A DNA stretch of 64,000 nt from Candidatus Kerfeldbacteria bacterium (GTDB taxonomy: Bacteria; Patescibacteriota; Patescibacteriia; SBBC01): the NCBI GenBank assembly GCA_043799405.1, contig JAZDNT010000002.1, positions 10,716 to 74,715 on the forward strand, given 5' to 3'. Each line of letters opens with the position of its first letter. Position 1 is the first letter of the stretch. The position numbers and the translations under genes are program-made. Shown here piece after piece: positions 37,164 to 45,672 of the stretch. Below the pieces are notes generated by a model. The model saw nothing but the letters and a program-made list of their open reading frames with translations, had not been told where the DNA came from and searched no databases.

Positions 37164-37381
37164 CATGATATGCTGTTGGTGCGGCATTGGTTGAGTGTGT
37201 CTGATTTTAGTAACCCTTGACAGGAACCCAGAGGCGTGGTTGGGTATGAAGTTATTTCATTCAACGTTGTTAATAAGCATTGGGTATAACTTGTGGGCAA
37301 TCAATCATCGATAACTTCTTCATATTGTTATATGGTGAGTAGACGTAATCGTATGTTACGTTACGCGAATTTCCTTCTTGT

Positions 37382-39130
37382 ATGATGCTTTCATATCAAA
37401 CCGGAGATACGTCCTATCGCGACCTTTGGAAGATCCTGGAGCGAAAGCGGTTCTTTTCCCGCGAACAGTTCAAGGAAGCGCTGCAGCGCGCAAAAGACGA
37501 GGACCGTCACCTGAACCACGTCCTGCTCGAGATCGGGAACGGATCAAAAGAAAAGCTGCTGGAGTCTCTTTCGGAATACTATGGCACGCCGACCGTCACA
37601 TTGCGGAAACGGGTGATTTCTCCGTTCGTTCTAAACCTCATTCCGAAGGAGATCGCGGAGCAGCATTCTGTCGTCTTGTTCAAGAAGACGAGGGACGCCA
37701 TCCACGTCGCAACGACCGCGCCTGACAACGCTCAGACGATCGATTTCATAAAGCGAAAGACGGGACTTACGCCGCAGGTGTTCATCACGACGCCGGAGGA
37801 TATCGATGAAGCCCTCCGGAGGTACAAGTCCGATCTCTCGACCGATTTTGCGCGGATCATCAAGGAGAGCACGCAGCAGGCGATGGCCGTGCACGACTCC
37901 GCGGAGAAAATGGCGCAGTACGTTCCTGTGATCACGATGGTGAATACCATCATCGAACGCGCGCTCTTGCAGCACGCATCCGACATCCACATCGAACCGC
38001 ACCGTGAAAAGATCTCGATACGGTTCCGAATCGACGGTTTGCTCGTGAAGATCGTTGAGCTGCCTTCTGAGTTGCTGCCCTCTCTCGTTACGCGGATAAA
38101 GCTCATCGCGAATTTGAAGATTGATGAGCACCGCCTTCCGCAGGACGGGCGTTTCAGCACGATGTTCGACGGCCGCGAGATCGCGATCCGCGTCGCGGTC
38201 ATACCGACGCTCAGCGGATCGAAGGTCGCCATGCGCCTTCTTGATTCGAACGAACGCCAATTCTCCCTAAAAACCCTCGGGCTCAGCGCAAACGACCTTC
38301 GCGCGATTCGTCAGGAAACGATGAAGCCTCACGGGATGATCCTCGTGACCGGTCCGACCGGTTCCGGAAAGACGACAACGCTGTATACGCTCTTGCGGAT
38401 GCTCCGGAAGGAATCGGTCAACATCTGTACGATCGAAGATCCTATCGAGTACGGCATTGAGGGGATCAGTCAGACGCAGGTGAACCCGAACGCGGGCCTC
38501 ACATTCGCGAACGGGCTACGGTCGCTCCTTCGGCAGGATCCGAACATCATCATGGTCGGCGAGATCCGTGATGCCGACACTGCGTCGATCGCCATCAATG
38601 CGGCGATGACCGGACACCTCGTACTGACGACGCTCCATACCAACAACGCCTTCCTTGCAATTCAGCGGCTCATTGAGATGGGCGTTGAACCGTTCCTCGC
38701 GTCGTCCGTTATCAACGTCGTGATCGGGCAGCGACTCGTGAGGCGGGTCTGCCGTTACTGCAAGGGGCGCGGCCGGCTGACGCAGAAGGTCGTTGACCTA
38801 TACCGCGCGGTTCTTGATATCGAACGAACCGTTCCAAAGCTTATACGCCTCGGTCTTCTCCCGAGTGATTTCGTTGTCGAGGGAGCGCCGATCGCACGCA
38901 ACAAGGGGTGTGCAAAGTGCAACAAGACCGGGTACCTCGGACGCGTCGGAATCTACGAGGTCATCAGGATCGACGAAGATATACACCACGTCATCATAAA
39001 GGATCCATCAGCAGAATCGATCCAACGCGCCGCGGAAAAGAAAGGGGTACTCACCATGATCGAGGACGGCATTCTCAAGGTACTCCGCGGGCAGACAACG
39101 ATCGAAGAAGTACTCCGTGTGGTAAAATAA
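37382..39130 (+). CDS. pilB: Type IV pilus/T2SS assembly ATPase (PilB/GspE)
   Basis: ASDIHIEP, RLPQDGR, GPTGSGKTTTLY, TIEDPIEY, LRQDPNIIMVGEIRD, CxxC pairs. Confidence 0.93.
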   Translation: MMLSYQTGDTSYRDLWKILERKRFFSREQFKEALQRAKDEDRHLNHVLLEIGNGSKEKLLESLSEYYGTPTVTLRKRVISPFVLNLIPKEIAEQHSVVLFKKTRDAIHVATTAPDNAQTIDFIKRKTGLTPQVFITTPEDIDEALRRYKSDLSTDFARIIKESTQQAMAVHDSAEKMAQYVPVITMVNTIIERALLQHASDIHIEPHREKISIRFRIDGLLVKIVELPSELLPSLVTRIKLIANLKIDEHRLPQDGRFSTMFDGREIAIRVAVIPTLSGSKVAMRLLDSNERQFSLKTLGLSANDLRAIRQETMKPHGMILVTGPTGSGKTTTLYTLLRMLRKESVNICTIEDPIEYGIEGISQTQVNPNAGLTFANGLRSLLRQDPNIIMVGEIRDADTASIAINAAMTGHLVLTTLHTNNAFLAIQRLIEMGVEPFLASSVINVVIGQRLVRRVCRYCKGRGRLTQKVVDLYRAVLDIERTVPKLIRLGLLPSDFVVEGAPIARNKGCAKCNKTGYLGRVGIYEVIRIDEDIHHVIIKDPSAESIQRAAEKKGVLTMIEDGILKVLRGQTTIEEVLRVVK

Positions 39131-39134
39131 CCCT

Positions 39135-40346
39135 ATGGCAACATTCACCTATACCGCGCTCGATGCAACGAACACCTTTGTAAAGGGGAGGATCGACGCT
39201 GGAAACGTAAGGGCTGCCGTCAAGCAGCTCGAGCGCGAGGGCTTCGTCATCGTCAATATCAAGAAGGAGAAGGGTAAGCGTTTCGGAGGGCGGTTCAATA
39301 TAGTCTTGAGCGGCATCAACGCCCAGGAAAAGATATTCTTCACGCGGAACCTCTTTACCATGCTCGAGTCGGGCATCTCACTCGACTATGCGATAAAGAC
39401 GACCGCCGAACAGACAACGAACGAGAAGTTCCGCGACATCCTGATGAACGTCCATGACCAGATCCAGAAGGGACAGCCGCTCCACGTCGCGCTCCTGCAG
39501 CACAGGGACGTGTTCAAGGATTACTATATCAACATGGTCAAGATCGGCGAGAAGAGCGGACGGCTCGACGACGTACTCTCGTACCTATTAGAGAAGCTCG
39601 AGAAGGACCAGGAGCTCCTTATGAAAGCGCGGGGCGCGATGATCTACCCGTGCATCATCCTCGCAGCGCTCGTCGTTATGGTGACCGGCATGCTTGTCTT
39701 CGTGATACCGAGGATCACGGACGTACTGAACCAGTACGACGTCACCCTGCCCCTCGCGACCCGCGTCTTGCTGTGGCTGAGCAATTTCATGATTCATTAC
39801 GGCGTGTACCTTCTCATTGTGGTCATCATCATGGCGTTCGTGCTGTACAAGGTGACGCGCAAAGGGCGTGCACAGTGGCAGTGGCACTCGTTCGTGCTCG
39901 CGTTCCCGAGGGTAAACACCGTCGTCAAGGAGTACAATCTCGCCCGTTTCGCGCGATCGACGAGCGCGCTCTTAAAGAGCGGCCTTGGCCTCGATCAGGC
40001 GCTCGATCTGACTGCCCGCGTCTCGTCAAACATTCTCTACGATAAAGCGGTCTCCGCTGCTATCAAGTTCGTGCAGCGCGGCATACCGCTCTCCGAGATC
40101 CTTAAAGGAAGCCCGAAGCTCTTTCCGCCGCTCGCGACGAGGATGGTCGAGGTCGGCGAGAAATCCGGAAAGCTTGACCACATGCTCTCGCGGCTCGCGG
40201 AGTACTATGAAAAGTCCGTAACGAACAGTCTTACGAACCTTTCCTCTATCATCGAGCCGGTCCTTCTTCTCCTGATCGGATTTTCAGTCGGTTTCGTTGC
40301 GATATCCGTTTTAACACCGATCTGGAGTTTTTCGAAAACTATATGA
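39135..40346 (+). CDS. pilC: Type IV pilus platform protein (PilC/GspF)
   Basis: GEKSGRLD, AMIYP, GEKSGKLD, IIEPVLLL. Confidence 0.92.
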   Translation: MATFTYTALDATNTFVKGRIDAGNVRAAVKQLEREGFVIVNIKKEKGKRFGGRFNIVLSGINAQEKIFFTRNLFTMLESGISLDYAIKTTAEQTTNEKFRDILMNVHDQIQKGQPLHVALLQHRDVFKDYYINMVKIGEKSGRLDDVLSYLLEKLEKDQELLMKARGAMIYPCIILAALVVMVTGMLVFVIPRITDVLNQYDVTLPLATRVLLWLSNFMIHYGVYLLIVVIIMAFVLYKVTRKGRAQWQWHSFVLAFPRVNTVVKEYNLARFARSTSALLKSGLGLDQALDLTARVSSNILYDKAVSAAIKFVQRGIPLSEILKGSPKLFPPLATRMVEVGEKSGKLDHMLSRLAEYYEKSVTNSLTNLSSIIEPVLLLLIGFSVGFVAISVLTPIWSFSKTI

Positions 40347-40864
40347 CCCAGCAGAAAAAACTTAAAAGTGGTGCTGGGTTAACCCTCATTGAACTGATGA
40401 CCGTGCTCGGTATGATCGCGCTCGTCGCGGCGATTACCGCACCCTCGTTCGCGTCGATTAAAAGCGGCATCGGCCTTAACAACACGGCGCAGGAGGTCGT
40501 GAGTGCGCTCCGCGTTGCGCAGAACAAGGCTATTTCATCGCAGCGACCTTCTGTAAACGCCGCTGACCTGATCGGCTATAATTACGGCGTTCATTTTGTA
40601 CAAAATGAAAATAAGTATACGCTTTTTTACGGTGACAACTTCGACCCGTCTGCGACCAGTAATGAAGAGCATCAACTGCTCGGCGATACGAAGGTCTGTG
40701 CAACCACAGACGCAAGATTTCATCGACTCGAAGGGGTTCCTGTGCAGGCCGACGGCACTACCCCGATCGTCGCAGCAGCATCTATTACGGTTGGTATCGA
40801 TTGTGGTGGCTCAACTACAAAGACGATAAAGGTTGAACCATCAGGGACGATCCAGCTCCTGTAA
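40343..40864 (+). CDS. Prepilin (FimT/GspH-like)
   Basis: GAG-LTLIELM N-terminal methylation motif. Confidence 0.85.
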   Translation: MTQQKKLKSGAGLTLIELMTVLGMIALVAAITAPSFASIKSGIGLNNTAQEVVSALRVAQNKAISSQRPSVNAADLIGYNYGVHFVQNENKYTLFYGDNFDPSATSNEEHQLLGDTKVCATTDARFHRLEGVPVQADGTTPIVAAASITVGIDCGGSTTKTIKVEPSGTIQLL

Positions 40865-40878
40865 CTAACGATACGACG

Positions 40879-41439
40879 GTGGCGAAACTTACACGAAACC
40901 AGCGCGGCGTTAGCGTCATCGAGGTTCTGATAGCCCTCGGTATGGGCGCTATCATCATTGCGAGTGTCGGCAATGTTTTGCTGTCCGTGAAACGCATCAG
41001 CGCCGAGAGCACTCATAAGGAAAAAGCGGTTGCGTATGCGAAGCAAGAAATTGAACGCCTACAGGCGTCCGTTAATTCGTTAGTAAATAATCCATTCAGC
41101 TGTTCAGTTGTTGCGCCGGCGACCAGCTGCAGCAACGGCAGTCCTGATCCCTGCACACCTTTGCAAGGCTACTCTAGTTGTTGGTCGAAGTATCCAAAAA
41201 ATAGTTCAAGCAATGGGCCGTGGTATATCGATGACGTGTTAACGTGGCACAGCGGCACGGAGACATTCGGCGACTATTCCCGATCGATACAAATTACCAA
41301 TACCGATCCAGATTGCACCGTCGTCTCACCCATCCGATGCAATGTTAAAAAGGTAGTCAGTACGGTTTCGTGGGTTGAGCGAGGTCAAAACAAGAGCATA
41401 ACTCTCACTTCGATTCTATCGGCGTGGAAAAACCAATGA
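40879..41439 (+). CDS. Minor prepilin (PilV-like)
   Basis: QRG-VSVIEVLIAL. Confidence 0.85.
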   Translation: MAKLTRNQRGVSVIEVLIALGMGAIIIASVGNVLLSVKRISAESTHKEKAVAYAKQEIERLQASVNSLVNNPFSCSVVAPATSCSNGSPDPCTPLQGYSSCWSKYPKNSSSNGPWYIDDVLTWHSGTETFGDYSRSIQITNTDPDCTVVSPIRCNVKKVVSTVSWVERGQNKSITLTSILSAWKNQ

Positions 41440-41939
41440 GACGGCAACGCGGTTTCACTATGATCGAGCTCATCGTGTACCTTGGTATCGCGTCAATCGC
41501 GCTGCTCGTGTTTTTCGGGTTTGCTTCTAACGTAATGCAAAGCGCTGCACGCGCAAAGACCGCTTCCGATGTTCAGGAGAATGCGCGCGTAATAATGTCC
41601 CGAATAACGCATGATATTCGAACTACGGACACCGCGACTGTTTCAGGAAGTAAGTTGGAGCTCACGAAAGCGACTGGCGGTATACCGACAAAGACATGCT
41701 ATGGTCTTGACCTTCTCAATCCCGACGTCGCATTGTATGGCACCTGTGGAACTGTCGGATGTGTTTGCACGGCCAGCACGGCTATTTCTGACAAAACTGT
41801 GAAAGTAACAACGCTTTCCTTCAGTCAAGCCGCGCCGCAGATTATAGTTAACATATCAGTCGAACCTCGCGTTGCCGGTACTGCCGATCCAGTCACCCTT
41901 TCAACTACAGTAGTGCCACGGAGCGAAATTTTTAAATGA
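41436..41939 (+). CDS. Minor prepilin (PilW-like)
   Basis: QRG-FTMIELIVYL. Confidence 0.85.
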   Translation: MRRQRGFTMIELIVYLGIASIALLVFFGFASNVMQSAARAKTASDVQENARVIMSRITHDIRTTDTATVSGSKLELTKATGGIPTKTCYGLDLLNPDVALYGTCGTVGCVCTASTAISDKTVKVTTLSFSQAAPQIIVNISVEPRVAGTADPVTLSTTVVPRSEIFK

Positions 41940-43330
41940 CAAAGCATCACAACATCGCGCGAAACGATCGGGGCGTCATCGCAATCATGACGATCCTCTG
42001 GGTGTCGATACTCTCTCTCGCTGTGCTCGCGACCGTAACATTGGTCGCCTCGGCCGGGATGCAGATGACCGGCTCGGCGTATGCATCAGAACGGACGTTC
42101 AATGCGGCCGAAGCGGGATTAAATGACGTGATGTATAAAGCGGCCGTCAGTGGTACACCTAGCGATCAGCTCGGAATGGATGTTAACGGCATTACAGTTG
42201 ACGTTCGCGTTGATCATGATCCCGCAGAACCTATCCCCTGGAGATTACGATCAACTGCGACTGACCCGGTAACGAGAAGTACCAGGACGCTTGAGATAAA
42301 GATGTACCTTTCAAGTTTTGGCGGTTTTGGTGGGGCAGTATTGACCGGAAACGGTGGATTTAAAATTGACAATAGCGGTTTAGTAACTGGTAACGTCTGC
42401 GCCAACGGAAATATTGAAGGTTGGAACACTGGGAAAATCAGAGGAGACGTTCGGGTAGCCGGCTACACGCCAGAGGGTTGTACTCCTGGAAACCCCGGAT
42501 GTTTTCCAAATTACGCCTCGCATCTATGGGTAGCGAAAGATGCCGGCCAAAAAGGTAATCTTCGGGCATATACAATACAAAATAGTTCTAAAATCGAGGG
42601 TCAAGCGACTTACACGTCAATCGATGCTGGTTCGACTGTGGGCGGGGCCTTTTGTCCAAATGCTAATTGCATTCAGACCAGTGATCCCGTCGAAGAATGT
42701 AAGTTCCCGCCGATTCAAGCTTATTACACTGATAAGACCGATAGTCGTTCATGGTATCAAGAGGCTTTAGCTGGAGGATCAAATTGTCCGGTAGGCACCC
42801 CCTGTGATCTTCATGTGAGTAAAACTGATCCTCCAACAAAGCTGGGCCCGAAAGTCATCACAGGGAATCTTATTCTTGACGATGCAAATACTGTTTTACA
42901 ATTACAAGGAACGGTTTGGGTCATTGGGAATATCGACTTTAAAAAACCGGGTAGTGAAATTACTCTCGATCCGTCAATATACGGATCGCTTTCAGGCGCC
43001 ATTGTCAGTGAAAAAGATATGGCAATTAAAAATGGTGGAATTTTTTCAGGGAGTTTGGCTCACCCTCAAAGCTACTTAGTTGCTACATCTTTATCCATAA
43101 GTAATACTGATGCAATCGTGCCAGCCCAAACTTCAACATCAGTAGTCTATTATGCCCCTAATGGAACAATTCACTTAAAAAATAATGTCACGCTAAATAA
43201 TGCCACGGGTAAAAGAATTTGGCTGGAAAATGGAACAGCAACGTATGATGAGAAACTGAATAATTTAATTCTTTCAGGTAGTACCAGCCTCATTACCACC
43301 CCGAAACCAGGCACCTGGCACGAACTCTAA
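41936..43330 (+). CDS. PilX-like large minor pilin
   Basis: DRG-VIAIM (no Glu5), FNAAEAGL, terminal GTWHEL. Confidence 0.8.
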   Translation: MTKHHNIARNDRGVIAIMTILWVSILSLAVLATVTLVASAGMQMTGSAYASERTFNAAEAGLNDVMYKAAVSGTPSDQLGMDVNGITVDVRVDHDPAEPIPWRLRSTATDPVTRSTRTLEIKMYLSSFGGFGGAVLTGNGGFKIDNSGLVTGNVCANGNIEGWNTGKIRGDVRVAGYTPEGCTPGNPGCFPNYASHLWVAKDAGQKGNLRAYTIQNSSKIEGQATYTSIDAGSTVGGAFCPNANCIQTSDPVEECKFPPIQAYYTDKTDSRSWYQEALAGGSNCPVGTPCDLHVSKTDPPTKLGPKVITGNLILDDANTVLQLQGTVWVIGNIDFKKPGSEITLDPSIYGSLSGAIVSEKDMAIKNGGIFSGSLAHPQSYLVATSLSISNTDAIVPAQTSTSVVYYAPNGTIHLKNNVTLNNATGKRIWLENGTATYDEKLNNLILSGSTSLITTPKPGTWHEL

Positions 43331-43334
43331 ATCC

Positions 43335-43396
43335 TTGACAGTATTTTCAGTGGTAGTGTAGGATACTAATCCACGCGTTTTTTGCGTGCTCGTTAA
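43335..43396 (+). promoter_or_regulatory. Promoter plus boxA-like site for the tRNA-like array
   Basis: TTGACA-18-TAGGAT; tgctcgttaa at 43387. Confidence 0.55.
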
Positions 43397-43406
43397 GAAA
43401 ACGAAT

Positions 43407-43561
43407 CGGTCCTGTCCCTTAGCTTAGGCTCCCAGCCAGAGCAGGGAGGCATTCCATGCCGTCGGGTTTGCATGAGGCTCAGAGAATCACCCGAGGGCTC
43501 GCCGCGCTTTTAGTGGCAGAATGTTCCCGGACTCGGCACATGGGCCAGTCCGGCAGGACCG
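43407..43561 (+). ncRNA. Candidate structured RNA
   Basis: Closing stem cggtcctg/caggaccg around about five internal hairpins. Confidence 0.4.
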
Positions 43562-43568
43562 TAATACT

Positions 43569-43700
43569 GCGCACGTAGCTCCCGCCTACCCCCGGACTAC
43601 GATCCGGGGTTCGTCGGGCAAGCAGCTGGTAAGAGCACCCCGTACCAGGCGTATGCTTCGGTGCGGGCAAGCCGCGGGTTTCACCCTGCGGGTGACCACC
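43569..43700 (+). pseudogene. tRNA-like 5' half with two hairpin insertions
   Basis: gcgcacgtagct-[42 nt]-cagctggtaagagcac-[33 nt]-ccgcgggtttcaccctgcgg; no T-loop. Confidence 0.6.
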
Positions 43701-43739
43701 TGCAGGCAGAATGTTGGAACAGCAGTTGAATCGTTCGGA

Positions 43740-43818
43740 GCGGGCGTAGCTCAGCTTGTGTAGAGCGCCTGATAGGGCATCAGGAGGCCGAGGGTTCAAC
43801 TCCCTTCGTCCCGCTCCG
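43740..43818 (+). tRNA. Atypical tRNA-like gene (loop TAGGGCA, no CCA)
   Basis: Cloverleaf with GTAGCTCAG and GTTCAACTC, but A33/C37, a bulged acceptor stem and a TCCG end. Confidence 0.5.
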
Positions 43819-43832
43819 AGAGCTCATTGAAA

Positions 43833-43909
43833 GTGAGAGTAGCTCAGCCTGGTAGAGCGTCGGAACCATAATCCGATGGTCGCAGGTTCGAATCCTGCCT
43901 CTCACACCA
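43833..43909 (+). tRNA. tRNA with CAT anticodon (Met/Ile2), non-canonical A32/C33
   Basis: GTGAGAG/CTCTCAC acceptor, tcgga-accataa-tccga, GTTCGAATC, CCA. Confidence 0.8.
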
Positions 43910-43923
43910 CGCTTTCGTAGAGA

Positions 43924-44029
43924 GCCCACGTAGCTCCCGCCTGCGCAGAGCTTCGGCGGGCAGGCAGTCCGGTAGAGCGTCTCGCTCCAATCGTACGACG
44001 AAGAACCCCGCCACCGGCTGTGGTGTCCA
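43924..44029 (+). pseudogene. tRNA-like remnant with 29-nt hairpin insertion
   Basis: gcccacgtagct-[cccgcctgcgcagagcttcggcgggcagg]-cagtccggtagagcgtctcg. Confidence 0.6.
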
Positions 44030-44107
44030 ACATCGGTTGTTCCGAGCTTCCGCAATGTTGGATCTACTGCAGTCCGGGGGCGGGTTATCAGTAAGTCCGG
44101 AAAGGAC

Positions 44108-44136
44108 TTGACAATTCCGATGGGTACGTATATATT
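44108..44136 (+). promoter_or_regulatory. Near-consensus sigma70 promoter
   Basis: TTGACA-17-TATATT. Confidence 0.65.
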
Positions 44137-44418
44137 GACCCATCAAGCTCGTTACGCAACCGCAGTTCGTTACCAGGTTCCGGATGTAGCACATGTGCTG
44201 AATCCGAACATTGTTGGTACGCACGTACCAGCTAAAAGTTCCCGATTCAACAGTGCGAATCCGAAACTCAGTGAGCACAATCCATCGTGCCCACGCAACC
44301 TATCAAGCTTCACCCCAGTTTCAGGAGACACCGAAGTAAGTAGGTTGTTTTCTTTATATGAGGATATGGCATATGCTTCGATTTTTTGGTACTATGTTCG
44401 TGAAAGGAGAATGCTCCT

Positions 44419-44664
44419 ATGGAACAGAAACGTGATATCCACGGTCACGTCGTCTACGGCGAAGACGACGCCCATGACGGGATGAACTACCTCGACTACG
44501 ACCTTCAGCAGCCGGAAGCGGAGGTTTTCTTTAAGCAGGCGAAGCTCAAGGGCGCAGCAGAGTTCGAGGACGACCACGAACGGCAGTTCACGCTCGCGTA
44601 CGACCGCGGCAGGGGCGTCTACCGCGTCGAGCGGCGCGCGAGCGGGGGAGGGGGGTGGTTCTAG
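44419..44664 (+). CDS. Small hypothetical protein
   Basis: 81-aa ORF, AAAGGAG SD, first gene of a tightly packed run. Confidence 0.75.
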   Translation: MEQKRDIHGHVVYGEDDAHDGMNYLDYDLQQPEAEVFFKQAKLKGAAEFEDDHERQFTLAYDRGRGVYRVERRASGGGGWF

Positions 44665-44665
44665 T

Positions 44666-45073
44666 ATGAAGTACCTATCGATTGCATTTATTGTCGTTGC
44701 TCTTGGGCTTCTCGGATTCTCGTGCAAGAACAGCGTTGTGTCGGTGAACGTGAACGTGAACGCTGCCGCAAAGACCGTAACGAATACGGTCAATGCGGTT
44801 AACTCGCCCGGCGTGAAGGGCGCGATAACCAAGAATGCCGCTATCGCCCAGGCGAAAGCCGTGTTCATCGCGCAGGAAGGGCAGGGCGTCGACTTCACGG
44901 AAGGTCCGTGTCTAACCAACAGCCTGCTGTCCGATTGGGTCGCGGACGTTGCACACAATCCGCGCACATCAGTCGATGATCTTGCCGAGAATCAGTGCAG
45001 CGCGTACCGTAACGGCACAGCGCACCACTTCGTCGAGCTCGATCCTGAAGGACAGTTGATACGGGCCGAGTAA
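44666..45073 (+). CDS. Putative lipoprotein/secreted hypothetical protein
   Basis: LLGFSC signal; GPCL..DWVADVAH.PR..NQC..HFVELD. Confidence 0.75.
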   Translation: MKYLSIAFIVVALGLLGFSCKNSVVSVNVNVNAAAKTVTNTVNAVNSPGVKGAITKNAAIAQAKAVFIAQEGQGVDFTEGPCLTNSLLSDWVADVAHNPRTSVDDLAENQCSAYRNGTAHHFVELDPEGQLIRAE

Positions 45074-45075
45074 AA

Positions 45076-45414
45076 ATGGGAAGAACGAAAGCTCCGCGGG
45101 GTCGATTGCTCGATGTGTTCGTAACATTCTCCTCGCGTACGCAAGCTGATCGTGCGGCGAACAGTGCTGTCCGTGAAGGACTTGCAGCATGCGTCAATAT
45201 ATGGCCGATTCGTTCGGCCTTCTTGTGGAAGGGAAGAATAGTGAAAGGTAATGAGGTTGCAGCGCTTTTTAAAACGTCAGCGCAGCGCTACGCAGCGCTC
45301 GAGAAACGCATTCGAGCATTGCACAGCGATAAAATTCCTTGTATCATAGCGTGGCCCGCTGCCAGGGGGTACGTAAAGTACCTCCGGTGGGTTCAGGAAA
45401 ACACCCATGCCTAG
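45076..45414 (+). CDS. cutA: Divalent-cation tolerance protein CutA
   Basis: LAACVNIWPIRSAFLWKG..E..KT..LHSDKIPCII. Confidence 0.88.
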   Translation: MGRTKAPRGRLLDVFVTFSSRTQADRAANSAVREGLAACVNIWPIRSAFLWKGRIVKGNEVAALFKTSAQRYAALEKRIRALHSDKIPCIIAWPAARGYVKYLRWVQENTHA

Positions 45415-45661
45415 GATCAAGAAGGATTTAAAAACGCTCACCATGGTGAACATTCACCAGGTAAACGGTGATTTCTACGCCGTTGAGTTCCTGAAGAATG
45501 CGGATTTCCGCTGGGTCGAAAGCCTGTTCCTCCGCGCGAAGCAGCTCGGTAAATCAGAGTTCGACTACCACGGGCAGATGTATCAGCTGATAAAGAACCG
45601 AAACCTTACGTACTCAGTCGAGCAGATTCCCGAGAAGATCATGTACGTCGAAAGTCTATAG
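45407..45661 (+). CDS. Small hypothetical protein
   Basis: 84-aa ORF overlapping the cutA stop. Confidence 0.7.
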   Translation: MPRIKKDLKTLTMVNIHQVNGDFYAVEFLKNADFRWVESLFLRAKQLGKSEFDYHGQMYQLIKNRNLTYSVEQIPEKIMYVESL

Positions 45662-45672
45662 CCATAACGATC

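Noticed and set aside
44085-44110. SRP RNA (gtccggaaaggac)
   Set aside because: Lacks the CAGG/AGCAG internal loop of SRP domain IV
44108-44485. 125-aa ORF from the track
   Set aside because: Starts on the -35 TTG, overlaps a better ORF and has no protein-like features
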